Assembly: GCF_022014235.1 (NCBI RefSeq)
Contig: NZ_JAKLTD010000002.1
Location: 172,284-204,283, forward strand
Length of the DNA: 32,000 nucleotides
Origin: Methanothermobacter sp. K4
GTDB lineage: Archaea; Methanobacteriota; Methanobacteria; Methanobacteriales; Methanothermobacteraceae
Reading direction: 5' to 3'
Made by a program: the position numbers and the translations under genes. Positions 13,908-22,267 of the stretch are shown in pieces; within the stretch, counting starts at the first letter, position 1, and the number at the start of each line of letters is the position of its first letter. The notes beneath the pieces are model-generated. The model saw only the letters and a list, made by a program, of their open reading frames with translations, made no database searches and was not told where the DNA came from.

Positions 13908-16881
13908 ATCTGAATCCCCCCTCACCAATTATGAGTATGGTGTCATATGGTTCTGCAATTTCAAGGGCCCTGCTGACAGCCTCCTCAACCTGCTCGCGGC
14001 TCGCCCCAAGGGTCCCTGCCCCTGCCCTGGTCCTGCTGGATTCTGTATGGACCACCCTCTTACCCAGGATACCTGAGGCTCTCCTTGCAGCATAGGATGC
14101 CGGTATAACGGTGTCGGCGTCCCTCAGGAGCGATGCGATTTCCAGATCACCATCCATTCCACTCTCAGAGGCCACGGTATTTACGACTATAAGCCTTCCA
14201 TCGGTCCCCTTAAGTTCCTGCATCACAGCCCTCACACCGGCCGGGTTGTGGGCGTAGTCAAGTATAACCCGTGGTGAGTCCAACAGTTTCTGGAACCTTC
14301 CCCTCACACCACTGAATGACTCAATACCCTTCACTATATTATCAATATCCACGCCAAGGGACCATGCAGCGGCAGCTGCTGCCAGTGCATTGTAAACATT
14401 GAAGATCCCTGGGGCCTTAAGTTTAACATCCCTCATCTCGGGGCCTATTACCAGTTTGAAGCCAGTGCCTGATGCCTCCAGTGCCATAACCTCTGGCTGG
14501 GGTCTCCGGTAGCCACAGACACACTGGTAGTCCCCCAGGTGCCCCATGGTTCTGCGTGTATATTTGAGGGTGCTGCCACATTTGGGGCATTCCCTGCCCT
14601 CAGGCATGACCGGCGCCGACTCTATACCCTGGATACCATAGAGAACCACTCTCTCCTCCCTCAGTTCCTCTGCGAATGATGCTACGATGGGGTCATCGGC
14701 GTTCAGTACCATGACCTCAGCTGTATCAATGATCTCCCTCTTGCATTCAATGTAATCAGAGAACCGCCTGCCACCTGATAGGTGGTCCCTTGATATGTTG
14801 GTTATGACACCCACTGAGACCCCTGAGAGGAGGGCTGATTGCCTTATCTCACCCCTCCTCCCGAATGTCCCTATCTCAACAACCGCCACGTCCCCCGGGA
14901 GTCTTGCCTGGAGGGCCGGTACCAGTTCCGTGTTGCCCTGTATGCTGAGGTGGTGCTCTGGCACAGTCTTTCCGGCAGCCCTCATTATGGATTTGAGGAT
15001 ACCTGTGGTTGTGGTCTTTCCATTGGTCCCTGTAACCCCCACCACAGGTTTTTCAACAGGGCACATGTTCAGGACGTCCTCAACGCCTATCACATCAGCG
15101 TCAAGTTCCCTGATCAGATCAAGAACCTTCCTGTTATTTTCGAGGGCTGGTGTGATGGCTATGGTGCCTGCGCGCTTGAGGAACTCCATGCTGTGACCCC
15201 CAAGGTCAAGTTCTATTCCCTCCTCCCTGAAGACATCCTCAAGGGGTGTACTCTCCTTCAGATCCGAGACGATCACCCGGTAACCCCTTGCCCGGAGGTT
15301 CCTTGCCATGAGGCTTCCCACATTCCCGCAGCCTCCAAGGACAACTGTGAAGTCCCTCATTGACTCTATGGCCCTCTCAATATCATTCCTCACGTTATCA
15401 TATGCGTTGACAACCCCCGGGCCCAGGTGGAGTACCGTGTCCCCCTTTTCTGCGATTTCAAGGGCCCTCCTTATGCTATCATATACGCTCCCGGTCTTTA
15501 TGGTTTTATCCCTGCCGGCACCCCCTTCAACCTCAGAGGCTGCTTCCATGTCAATCTTACCTGTTGTCTCATTCTTGGCGCTTACAATCAATATATCGGC
15601 TTTCTCACCAAGTATCTGACCTATCCTGTACTTGTCCCTCACTGTGAGGGTGTCGGGGTTGTCAAGGCTTATTATCAGCCTCCCCTTAAATTCAATGCCC
15701 TCAAAGAGTTTCTCCATACTCTCAGGGTTGTGGGCTGCGTCCATGTAAACCGGGACACCATCAACCTCATCTATGAACTCAAATCTACCCTTTATACCCC
15801 TGAATTCCTCTATTGCATTTTTGATATCCTTAATGTCAAATCCAAGTACCAGTGCAACGGTTATGGCTGCAAGGGCGTTCTCCACGTTGAAGAGGCCCGG
15901 TACCCTGAGTTTTATCCTCTCGGTGAGGGGCCCGGCATGGACCAGCCCTTCATGTTCCTCACAGTTTAAAGATCCGCAGGTGCTGCAGAGGGCCGTTGGT
16001 ATCTCTGAGACCTTCAGGGTGAACTCTGATCCCTCAAGGCCCATGAGGTCTATATCTGATGCGCTGACCTGGGGTTCAGCTGAGCCGGTGAAGGTTCTAT
16101 CCATGAACTCAACTTTCCTTTCGTTCCCCAGACCATACACTACACTTTTAACCTCAAGGTCATCCAGGAGCCCCGCGATAACAGGGTCGTCTCCACAGAG
16201 TACCAGAACACCTCCCGGGGCTATGAGGTTCTTTATTGAGAAGTTCCTCTCAATGTATTCGTCGTAGTCCCTGAACTCATCCATGTGGTCGGGTGTGAGG
16301 TTTGTCACGACACCAGCCACTATTTCAAGGCCGTCGGCCATCCTTATGGTCCCGTGTGGGAGTTCAAACACGGCAATGTCCCTGTTTTTCACATCACCGT
16401 TCACCACAAGTTCTACCAGACCCTCAATGACCAGTGAGTCCTGGATTGATGAGAATGACACTGTCCTGTGGCTTGAGGAAAGTATGTGGTCTATCATGTT
16501 GGTGGTTGTTGTCTTCCCGTCTGTACCTGCAACTCCAACCATGGGGATGCCTATGAGCTGGTTGAGGATCCTCCCTATGTCTGAGGTTGTTATGTGGACC
16601 AGATCCTTCTCCACCCTCCCCAGCATCTCACGTACAGGTGCATCGTGGGGGATGTTGGGTGATACGAAGACGGCGTCGGCCCAGAGCATGTCCTCAATCC
16701 TGTGACCCCCAAACCTGAATCTCACACCCTCCTTTTTCATCTCAGCTATTCTCCTCCTGGCCTTGGGGGGCAGTTCATCCAGTTCCCTGAGGTCATTTAC
16801 AAGCACACTGTTTCCAAGGTGTCTCAGCAATCTTGCGGCGGGTCTGCCAGCGTTTCCATCTCCAAGCACAAGCACGTTCAT
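13885..16881 (-). CDS. Tandem double Mur-ligase-family protein (two complete ATP-dependent amide ligase modules; pseudomurein peptide ligase candidates)
   Basis: Module 1 (about 15361..16881): MNVLVLGDGNAG.., P-loop GVAGTDGKTTTT, DAAHNPES. Module 2 (13885..15360): MRDFTVVLGGCGNVG.., P-loop GVTGTNGKTTTT, C4 zinc ribbon CPKCG..CVCG, DYAHNPAG. There is no in-frame stop at the junction ..AIES|MRDF... The tracked GTG 16902 is probably upstream of the real ATG 16881. Confidence 0.9.
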   Translation of the reverse strand: MNVLVLGDGNAGRPAARLLRHLGNSVLVNDLRELDELPPKARRRIAEMKKEGVRFRFGGHRIEDMLWADAVFVSPNIPHDAPVREMLGRVEKDLVHITTSDIGRILNQLIGIPMVGVAGTDGKTTTTNMIDHILSSSHRTVSFSSIQDSLVIEGLVELVVNGDVKNRDIAVFELPHGTIRMADGLEIVAGVVTNLTPDHMDEFRDYDEYIERNFSIKNLIAPGGVLVLCGDDPVIAGLLDDLEVKSVVYGLGNERKVEFMDRTFTGSAEPQVSASDIDLMGLEGSEFTLKVSEIPTALCSTCGSLNCEEHEGLVHAGPLTERIKLRVPGLFNVENALAAITVALVLGFDIKDIKNAIEEFRGIKGRFEFIDEVDGVPVYMDAAHNPESMEKLFEGIEFKGRLIISLDNPDTLTVRDKYRIGQILGEKADILIVSAKNETTGKIDMEAASEVEGGAGRDKTIKTGSVYDSIRRALEIAEKGDTVLHLGPGVVNAYDNVRNDIERAIESMRDFTVVLGGCGNVGSLMARNLRARGYRVIVSDLKESTPLEDVFREEGIELDLGGHSMEFLKRAGTIAITPALENNRKVLDLIRELDADVIGVEDVLNMCPVEKPVVGVTGTNGKTTTTGILKSIMRAAGKTVPEHHLSIQGNTELVPALQARLPGDVAVVEIGTFGRRGEIRQSALLSGVSVGVITNISRDHLSGGRRFSDYIECKREIIDTAEVMVLNADDPIVASFAEELREERVVLYGIQGIESAPVMPEGRECPKCGSTLKYTRRTMGHLGDYQCVCGYRRPQPEVMALEASGTGFKLVIGPEMRDVKLKAPGIFNVYNALAAAAAAWSLGVDIDNIVKGIESFSGVRGRFQKLLDSPRVILDYAHNPAGVRAVMQELKGTDGRLIVVNTVASESGMDGDLEIASLLRDADTVIPASYAARRASGILGKRVVHTESSRTRAGAGTLGASREQVEEAVSRALEIAEPYDTILIIGEGGFRYAEDHIR

Positions 16882-16913
16882 GTTCCTGATCAATTTATGC
16901 ACCCGTAGATCTG

Positions 16914-16921
16914 TTTTATAA
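16914..16921 (-). promoter_or_regulatory. TATA-like box (TTATAAAA on the minus strand) upstream of the double-ligase gene
   Basis: Plus-strand ttttataa at 16914..16921, about 35 nt upstream of ATG 16881. It implies an internal promoter and a short leader. Confidence 0.35.
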
Positions 16922-17049
16922 GTGAAAGGTATGCATTGTCATAAGTAATAAGTTTATGATCAACCGGGAGTTCCCGGATGGTAAAGAAATATGCAGTCCA
17001 TTTATTATTATTGGTTATTCCTATATACCAGTTACGCAGGTGATGGGCT

Positions 17050-18261
17050 TCATTCACAGGAGGATAGTTTCTCGAGTTCTTCCTGGACCCTGATTATCTT
17101 ATCCTGGCCGTTTCCACCCACAAAGACTCTCCTGTATTTCCTGGAAAACTCAAGGACCATGCGGGGGATTTCCTCAGTGTCATCAACTGTTATGACCTCT
17201 GAGTGGATTTCAAGGCCCTTAAGGTATTCCAGTACCATGTCAACCGTGTCCTCAAGGCCAGGGAATATCACAAGGACCCTGGGGGGTGACTCTGCAACCT
17301 CATCCAGGATATGGAGGCGCCACCTCTCTGACCTCCTGGGTGTCCCCATGAACATAACATCGAATTCTGATTCAGAGAGTACCGCCCTCATGGCATGGGG
17401 ATTGTCGGTTTTACCTGCAACGACAGATGCTCCGTTGATGATGAACGACCTTATACGGCCCTTTACAGGCTCAAAACTGGCAAGAGCCTCCTTTATGATA
17501 TCCTCCGGAACCCCAAGATACCTGAGGGCCTCTGATGCCGCCCCTGCGTTCAGTCTGTTGAATCCGCCCTCAACCCTCAGGGGCCCTGTGTACTCGCTGT
17601 AGGTCCTGAGAACCCGGGGGGCCTCCATGAGTTCCCCATCTGACTCGCTGGGGTCGATCACGGCGTTCCTCCCCTTAAGGAATTCTGCCACCGCCCTCCT
17701 GTAATTCTCAATGGATCCATGGAAGTCCATGTGGTCCTCTCCAAGGTTTGTGAGGACCACGAGGTCAATGTCGAAGCACTCTGATGCAAATTCCAGGGTC
17801 ATGTCGCAGACCTCCACCACAAGGTAATCGAATTCCTCCTCAGATGCCCTTAAAAAGAGTTCTGTGTAGCCCCCAAATCCCCCTCCAGCGTTTCCACCAA
17901 GAAGCACCCTTTCACCTGCACATTCAAGTACATGTGCTATCATTGTGGCGGTTGTGGTCTTTCCATTGGTCCCTGTGACCACGATGGTTGTGGGTTTTCT
18001 GTGGCCCTCAAGGACCCTGCAGAGGAGTTTATCCCTGAACCGCTCCATGAGTTCGGTTTTTATCATTGATGGGCTGATTACAACTGCATCTGCAGCCTCT
18101 ATCTTCCCTGTATCATAAAAGCCCAGGTCAAGGTCAACCCCCTCAGGCTTTGAAGGAATTTCACGTCTTATGTCACTTGCATATACACTGTGACCCCTTC
18201 TCTTTAGTGACTCAACTGCCCTTAAACCCTCAGCTCCAAGTCCCAGCACCGCAACCCTCAT
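17050..18261 (-). CDS. Mur-ligase-family protein (MurD-like architecture; pseudomurein peptide ligase candidate)
   Basis: Rossmann-like N-terminus MRVAVLGLGAEGLRAV, P-loop VVTGTNGKTTTA, 'VVLTNLGEDHMDFHGS' and 'GKTDNPHAMRAV'. RBS is GGTGA upstream of ATG 18261. Confidence 0.9.
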   Translation of the reverse strand: MRVAVLGLGAEGLRAVESLKRRGHSVYASDIRREIPSKPEGVDLDLGFYDTGKIEAADAVVISPSMIKTELMERFRDKLLCRVLEGHRKPTTIVVTGTNGKTTTATMIAHVLECAGERVLLGGNAGGGFGGYTELFLRASEEEFDYLVVEVCDMTLEFASECFDIDLVVLTNLGEDHMDFHGSIENYRRAVAEFLKGRNAVIDPSESDGELMEAPRVLRTYSEYTGPLRVEGGFNRLNAGAASEALRYLGVPEDIIKEALASFEPVKGRIRSFIINGASVVAGKTDNPHAMRAVLSESEFDVMFMGTPRRSERWRLHILDEVAESPPRVLVIFPGLEDTVDMVLEYLKGLEIHSEVITVDDTEEIPRMVLEFSRKYRRVFVGGNGQDKIIRVQEELEKLSSCE

Positions 18262-18279
18262 TGGTTCACCGATTAACTG

Positions 18280-18525
18280 TTAATCTTCTCCTGAATCATC
18301 ATCAGAAACCCCATATTCCTCCTTGAGCTGGGCTATTATATCCTCGTTCTTTGACACCTCGGGTCTGAGAGGTTTTTCCTCCTCCTCCCTTGACCTTTTG
18401 CGTTTACCGATGAATACGATCAGCAGGATGACCCCTGCAACTGCAAGGGTCACGGCAACCGCAGTTAATATAACCTCCATGCTCACAGGTGGAGTTTCAG
18501 TAGCTGCCCCGGGTCCCATTGCCAC
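18280..18525 (-). CDS. Small single-pass membrane protein with an acidic C-terminal tail; first gene of the ligase operon
   Basis: TM is VILTAVAVTLAVAGVILLIVFI, followed by KRKRSREEEE and ..DDDSGED. GAGGT is at 18527..18531. ATG 18519 is an alternative to the tracked GTG 18525. Confidence 0.55.
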   Translation of the reverse strand: MAMGPGAATETPPVSMEVILTAVAVTLAVAGVILLIVFIGKRKRSREEEEKPLRPEVSKNEDIIAQLKEEYGVSDDDSGED

Positions 18526-18533
18526 ACCTCAGT

Positions 18534-18543
18534 TTTATATAAA
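18534..18543. promoter_or_regulatory. Palindromic TATA element (TTTATATAAA) in a 41-bp divergent intergenic region
   Basis: It reads TTTATATA on both strands. It lies 24-33 nt from ATG 18567, which suggests a leaderless or short-leader mRNA. A second atatatat block is at 18556..18563. Confidence 0.45.
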
Positions 18544-18566
18544 TAATCATACAATATATATCTTAC

Positions 18567-19130
18567 ATGATAATGAAGGATCCAGGTGGACAGGGGGGTG
18601 CAGAGTACATACTTCTTTTTGCAGCCATCATAATAATCGCAGTTGCAGCCCTCTACATATACAGCTCCTACTTTAAGGTCTCAGGTAATGAGACAGTTGA
18701 CGTGAAGCTCACAATAACCAATATCGGTCCATCAAAGAGTGTCTTCATCTATGAGGCCAATAACACCACCGGTGGCGGCAGCCGGCACATCGTATCAGGG
18801 GACCCTGGAAACTACTTCTTCCTCCTCCAGCCAGGGTCAAGCAGGACCTTCAACCTTGGCCGGATGAGTGCCGGCACCAGCTTCACGGTTGAGGGTGGTG
18901 TTGGTGACCCCCGGAGAGGTGCGGATGACCTCAAGGGTATCGGGCAGCGGGGAAGGTGGACACTGAACATAGGAAACCAGACCTACTCCTGGACCATCAG
19001 CGGCCCCTTTGATTACACCAGAAACCCCACTGGAAGTGTCCTCATGTCATTCTCCATAGCTGGAGGTGGCGGCTCCCCCTTCAGGTTCACCGCAGACCAG
19101 GCCCGGGTGCGGGGTAACGTATCAGGGTAG
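18567..19130 (+). CDS. Class III (type IV pilin-like) signal peptide protein
   Basis: The N-terminus '[32 protein letters not shown]' fits the archaeal prepilin pattern (charged, G/Q, then E, then a long hydrophobic helix). The C-terminal domain is beta-rich. Confidence 0.65.
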   Translation: MIMKDPGGQGGAEYILLFAAIIIIAVAALYIYSSYFKVSGNETVDVKLTITNIGPSKSVFIYEANNTTGGGSRHIVSGDPGNYFFLLQPGSSRTFNLGRMSAGTSFTVEGGVGDPRRGADDLKGIGQRGRWTLNIGNQTYSWTISGPFDYTRNPTGSVLMSFSIAGGGGSPFRFTADQARVRGNVSG

Positions 19131-19139
19131 GTGAGATTT

Positions 19140-19631
19140 ATGGGAAGATATGAGAAGGCAACCTTTGGTGCCGGATGCTTCTGGGGAGTTGAGGATGCAT
19201 TCAGGAGAGTCAGGGGTGTCGTATCCACCCGTGTGGGTTACATGGGTGGCCACGTGGAGAACCCCACCTATGAGGATGTCTGCACCGGTCTTACAGGGCA
19301 CGCTGAGGTTGTTGAGGTCACCTTTGACCCTGCCCTTGTGAGCTACAGGGAACTCCTTGATGTCTTCTGGAGCATCCATGACCCCACAAGCCTCAACAGG
19401 CAGGGGCCGGATGTGGGTGAGCAGTACCGTTCAGTGATATTCTACCATGACGATGGGCAGAGGAGGCTGGCGCTGGAGTCAAGGAGGAAGCTTGAGGAGT
19501 CTGGAAGGTTCAGTGGGAGGATCGTTACAGCCATTGAACCTGCAGGTACCTTCTATGAGGCCGAGGAGTACCACCAGCAGTACCTTGAGAAGAACCGCGA
19601 GGGGAGATGCTACCTCAGGAGACTCCTCTGA
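19140..19631 (+). CDS. msrA: Peptide-methionine (S)-S-oxide reductase
   Basis: '[12 protein letters not shown]', '[29 protein letters not shown]' and '[11 protein letters not shown]' are canonical MsrA motifs. AGGTGA precedes ATG 19140. The tracked GTG 19131 abuts the upstream stop. Confidence 0.95.
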   Translation: MGRYEKATFGAGCFWGVEDAFRRVRGVVSTRVGYMGGHVENPTYEDVCTGLTGHAEVVEVTFDPALVSYRELLDVFWSIHDPTSLNRQGPDVGEQYRSVIFYHDDGQRRLALESRRKLEESGRFSGRIVTAIEPAGTFYEAEEYHQQYLEKNREGRCYLRRLL

Positions 19632-19680
19632 GGGTGCCGCCCTGAAGGAGAAGGTGAAAATAGAAAATGGGGTGATGTTC

Positions 19681-21354
19681 ATGAAGGAGGTCATGGATGA
19701 TGTTGCACTGGTCCTCTGCGGTGAGGCAGGGCAGGGGATACAGACAGTTGAGGCACTCCTTATAAGGGCCTTCAGGGCCACCGGCTACCATATATTCTCC
19801 TCCAAGGAGTACATGTCCCGTGTGCGTGGTGGTGAAAATTCGACGCTGATAAGGGTTTCATCAGCGCCTGTGAGGGCCTTTGTGGACCGTATCGATGTCC
19901 TCTTTGCCCTGAGCCCGGGGGCGGTGGACCACCTGAGGGAGAGAATCAACGGGACACTGATTATTGCAGATGAGAGCTTCGGTGAGGATGATGCCGTGGG
20001 CCTGCCCATACTTGAGGAGGCTGAGAAGCTGGGGGGACGTATATTCGCCAATGTTGTGGCTGCAGGTGCCGCAGCCCGTCTCTTCAGGGTCGGAGAGGAT
20101 GTCTTCGATAATGCCGTGAGGTCACTCTTTGAGCGCAAGGGACCTGAGATCCTCAATTCAGACCTCAGGGCTGGTAGGAAGGGTTATGAACTGGGCGAAA
20201 AACTCAGGGAACATCTGAGGGTCTCTGTTGAGCCTGACCCATCTGTCAGGGGTCATGTAATCCTTAACGGCACTGAGGCCGTGGGTTTAGGGTGCATAGC
20301 AGGGGGTTGCAGGTTCATGTCATCCTACCCCATGACCCCCTCAAGTCCCCTCCAGATATTCATTGCAGAGAATGCCGATGAATTTGACATGGTATTCGAG
20401 CAGGCCGAGGATGAGATTGCAGCCATAAACATGTGCCTTGGAGCATCATATGCAGGTGCCCGGTCACTTGTTGCAACCTCGGGGAGTGGTTTTGCCCTTA
20501 TGGAGGAGGCCGTTGGCCTTGCAGGGATGATAGAGACGCCTGTTGTGATATACATTGGTCAAAGGCCGGGGCCTGCGGTTGGGCTTCCCACGAGAACTGC
20601 CCAGGAGGACCTGAACCTGGCCCTCTACTCGGGACCAGGGGAGTTTGCAAGGGCCATATTCGCCCCGGGAAAGCTGGAGGATGCTCCTGAGATAACGGCA
20701 CATGCATTCAACCTTGCAGACAGGTACCAGGTACCCGTCTTCATACTATCAGACCAGTACCTGGCGGACCTCTACTACAACCTCCCTGAACCTGAAATCG
20801 GTGTGGAGGAGGAGTATCATATTAGCGGGACTGATGCCGGGTACAGGAGGTTCAGGTTCACAGAGGATGGTATCTCACCCCGCGGGGTTCCGGGTTACGG
20901 TGAGGGACTTGTGCGTGTTGATTCAGATGAACATGACGAGGACGGCTTCATAACAGAGGACCTCAATATAAGAAGCAGGATGGTTGAGAAGCGGAACCTG
21001 CGCCTTGAAATGCTCAGGGATGATGCACTGGCACCTGAGGTGTGGGGCGACGACTCCAGTGCAGTGATATGCTGGGGTTCCACCTACTGGCCTGTGAGGG
21101 AGGCCATCGGGTCATCTGATGCCGAGGTCACCATGGTGCACTTCAGTCAGGTCTATCCCCTGGCACCTGATACCCGTGAGCTTCTGGAGTCATTTGAGGT
21201 GACAGCCACCATTGAGAACAACTACAGGGGACAGTTCGCTGATCTGCTTAAACTTGAGGCCGGCTTTGAGGTTGACCATCGACTCAACAAGTACAATGGT
21301 ATGCCCTTCAGTGTTGAGGAGATAAGGAAATTCATAGGGGAGGTTTTTGCATGA
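19681..21354 (+). CDS. 2-oxoacid:ferredoxin oxidoreductase, fused gamma/alpha subunit
   Basis: Gamma domain '[13 protein letters not shown]'. Alpha domain '[28 protein letters not shown]' and '[25 protein letters not shown]'. The start is set at M79 of the tracked ORF (GGGGTGA RBS, 5-nt spacing). The tracked 19447 start overlaps msrA in another frame. Confidence 0.9.
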   Translation: MKEVMDDVALVLCGEAGQGIQTVEALLIRAFRATGYHIFSSKEYMSRVRGGENSTLIRVSSAPVRAFVDRIDVLFALSPGAVDHLRERINGTLIIADESFGEDDAVGLPILEEAEKLGGRIFANVVAAGAAARLFRVGEDVFDNAVRSLFERKGPEILNSDLRAGRKGYELGEKLREHLRVSVEPDPSVRGHVILNGTEAVGLGCIAGGCRFMSSYPMTPSSPLQIFIAENADEFDMVFEQAEDEIAAINMCLGASYAGARSLVATSGSGFALMEEAVGLAGMIETPVVIYIGQRPGPAVGLPTRTAQEDLNLALYSGPGEFARAIFAPGKLEDAPEITAHAFNLADRYQVPVFILSDQYLADLYYNLPEPEIGVEEEYHISGTDAGYRRFRFTEDGISPRGVPGYGEGLVRVDSDEHDEDGFITEDLNIRSRMVEKRNLRLEMLRDDALAPEVWGDDSSAVICWGSTYWPVREAIGSSDAEVTMVHFSQVYPLAPDTRELLESFEVTATIENNYRGQFADLLKLEAGFEVDHRLNKYNGMPFSVEEIRKFIGEVFA

Positions 21355-22217
21355 AACCCGAGGACTATGACCTTGAGGCAGACGTGGCATGGTGCCCTGG
21401 TTGCGGTAACTTTTCGATTCTCCGGGCCCTCAAGATGGCCCTTGCAGACCTTGATATACCCCCTGAGAGGCTTGTGCTTGTCTCTGGTATAGGTCAGGCA
21501 GGGAAGCTCCCCCAGTACCTGAAATGTAACTACTTCAACGGCCTTCATGGGAGGTCCCTCCCGGCTGCTGTGGCTATAAAGGCTGTGAACCCGGAGCTCA
21601 CCGTTATTGATGTGAGCGGTGATGGCTGCATGTACGGTGAGGGAGGCAACCACTTCATGCACACCATAAGGAGGAACCCTGATATAACAAATATCGTCCA
21701 TAATAACATGGTCTATGGTCTCACAAAGGGGCAGGCGTCCCCCACCAGTCAGCCAGGCTTCAGGACCCCTGTGCAGGTTCATGGTGTCTTTGAGGAGCCC
21801 TTCAATCCCCTTGCAGTGGCCATTGCCCTTGGGGCCACCTTTGTTGCCCGGGCCTTTGCAGGGGACATTGAGAGGACCAGGGACATACTTGTTGAGGCCA
21901 TCAGCCATCATGGCTATGCCCTGGTGGATATCTTCCAGCCCTGTGTGACCTTCAACCGTGTCAACACGTTCCAGTGGTTCCGTGAGAACACCTACTACAG
22001 TGACCATGACACGTCAGACAGGATGGTTGCCTTTGAGAAGTCCCTTGAGGGTTACGGTTCAGGGAAGTTTCCCCTGGGTGTGATCTATCATGCTGAAGGT
22101 GATGGGACCTTTGAGGAGAACCTCAGTATATACCGTGGGGATGCAACTCCCCTCTGGAGGAGGAGGCATGACCCTGCTAAACTGAAGGCCCTCATTGAAT
22201 CAAAGAGGATGCTTTAG
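21351..22217 (+). CDS. 2-oxoacid:ferredoxin oxidoreductase, beta (TPP-binding) subunit
   Basis: '[13 protein letters not shown]', 'SGIGQAG' and the TPP motif '[16 protein letters not shown]'. ATGA start/stop overlap with the alpha gene. Confidence 0.92.
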   Translation: MKPEDYDLEADVAWCPGCGNFSILRALKMALADLDIPPERLVLVSGIGQAGKLPQYLKCNYFNGLHGRSLPAAVAIKAVNPELTVIDVSGDGCMYGEGGNHFMHTIRRNPDITNIVHNNMVYGLTKGQASPTSQPGFRTPVQVHGVFEEPFNPLAVAIALGATFVARAFAGDIERTRDILVEAISHHGYALVDIFQPCVTFNRVNTFQWFRENTYYSDHDTSDRMVAFEKSLEGYGSGKFPLGVIYHAEGDGTFEENLSIYRGDATPLWRRRHDPAKLKALIESKRML

Positions 22218-22267
22218 TATGCATTTTAATTGACCATGCTTTTAATTATTACACCGGAGAATCTGAT

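Noticed and set aside
14795-16908. A series of plus-strand ORFs (133-180 aa) across the double Mur-ligase gene
   Set aside because: All are antisense shadows of a gene with two complete sets of Mur-ligase motifs. Their frames overlap one another and show no family features.
16991-17602. 203-aa plus-strand ORF opposite the 403-aa Mur ligase
   Set aside because: It is an antisense shadow ORF that starts in the intergenic spacer. It has no RBS and no domain signature.
19447-19680. Tracked N-terminal 78 aa of the oxidoreductase alpha ORF ([12 protein letters not shown]..)
   Set aside because: This segment overlaps the 3' half of msrA in another frame and is Gly/Ser/Arg-rich junk. The conserved gamma-domain begins right after M79, which has its own RBS, so the start was moved to 19681.
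21222-22007. 261-aa minus-strand ORF opposite the oxidoreductase beta subunit
   Set aside because: The plus-strand frame carries the WCPGCGN and GDG..N TPP motifs and ATGA coupling to the alpha gene. The antisense translation has no recognisable features.
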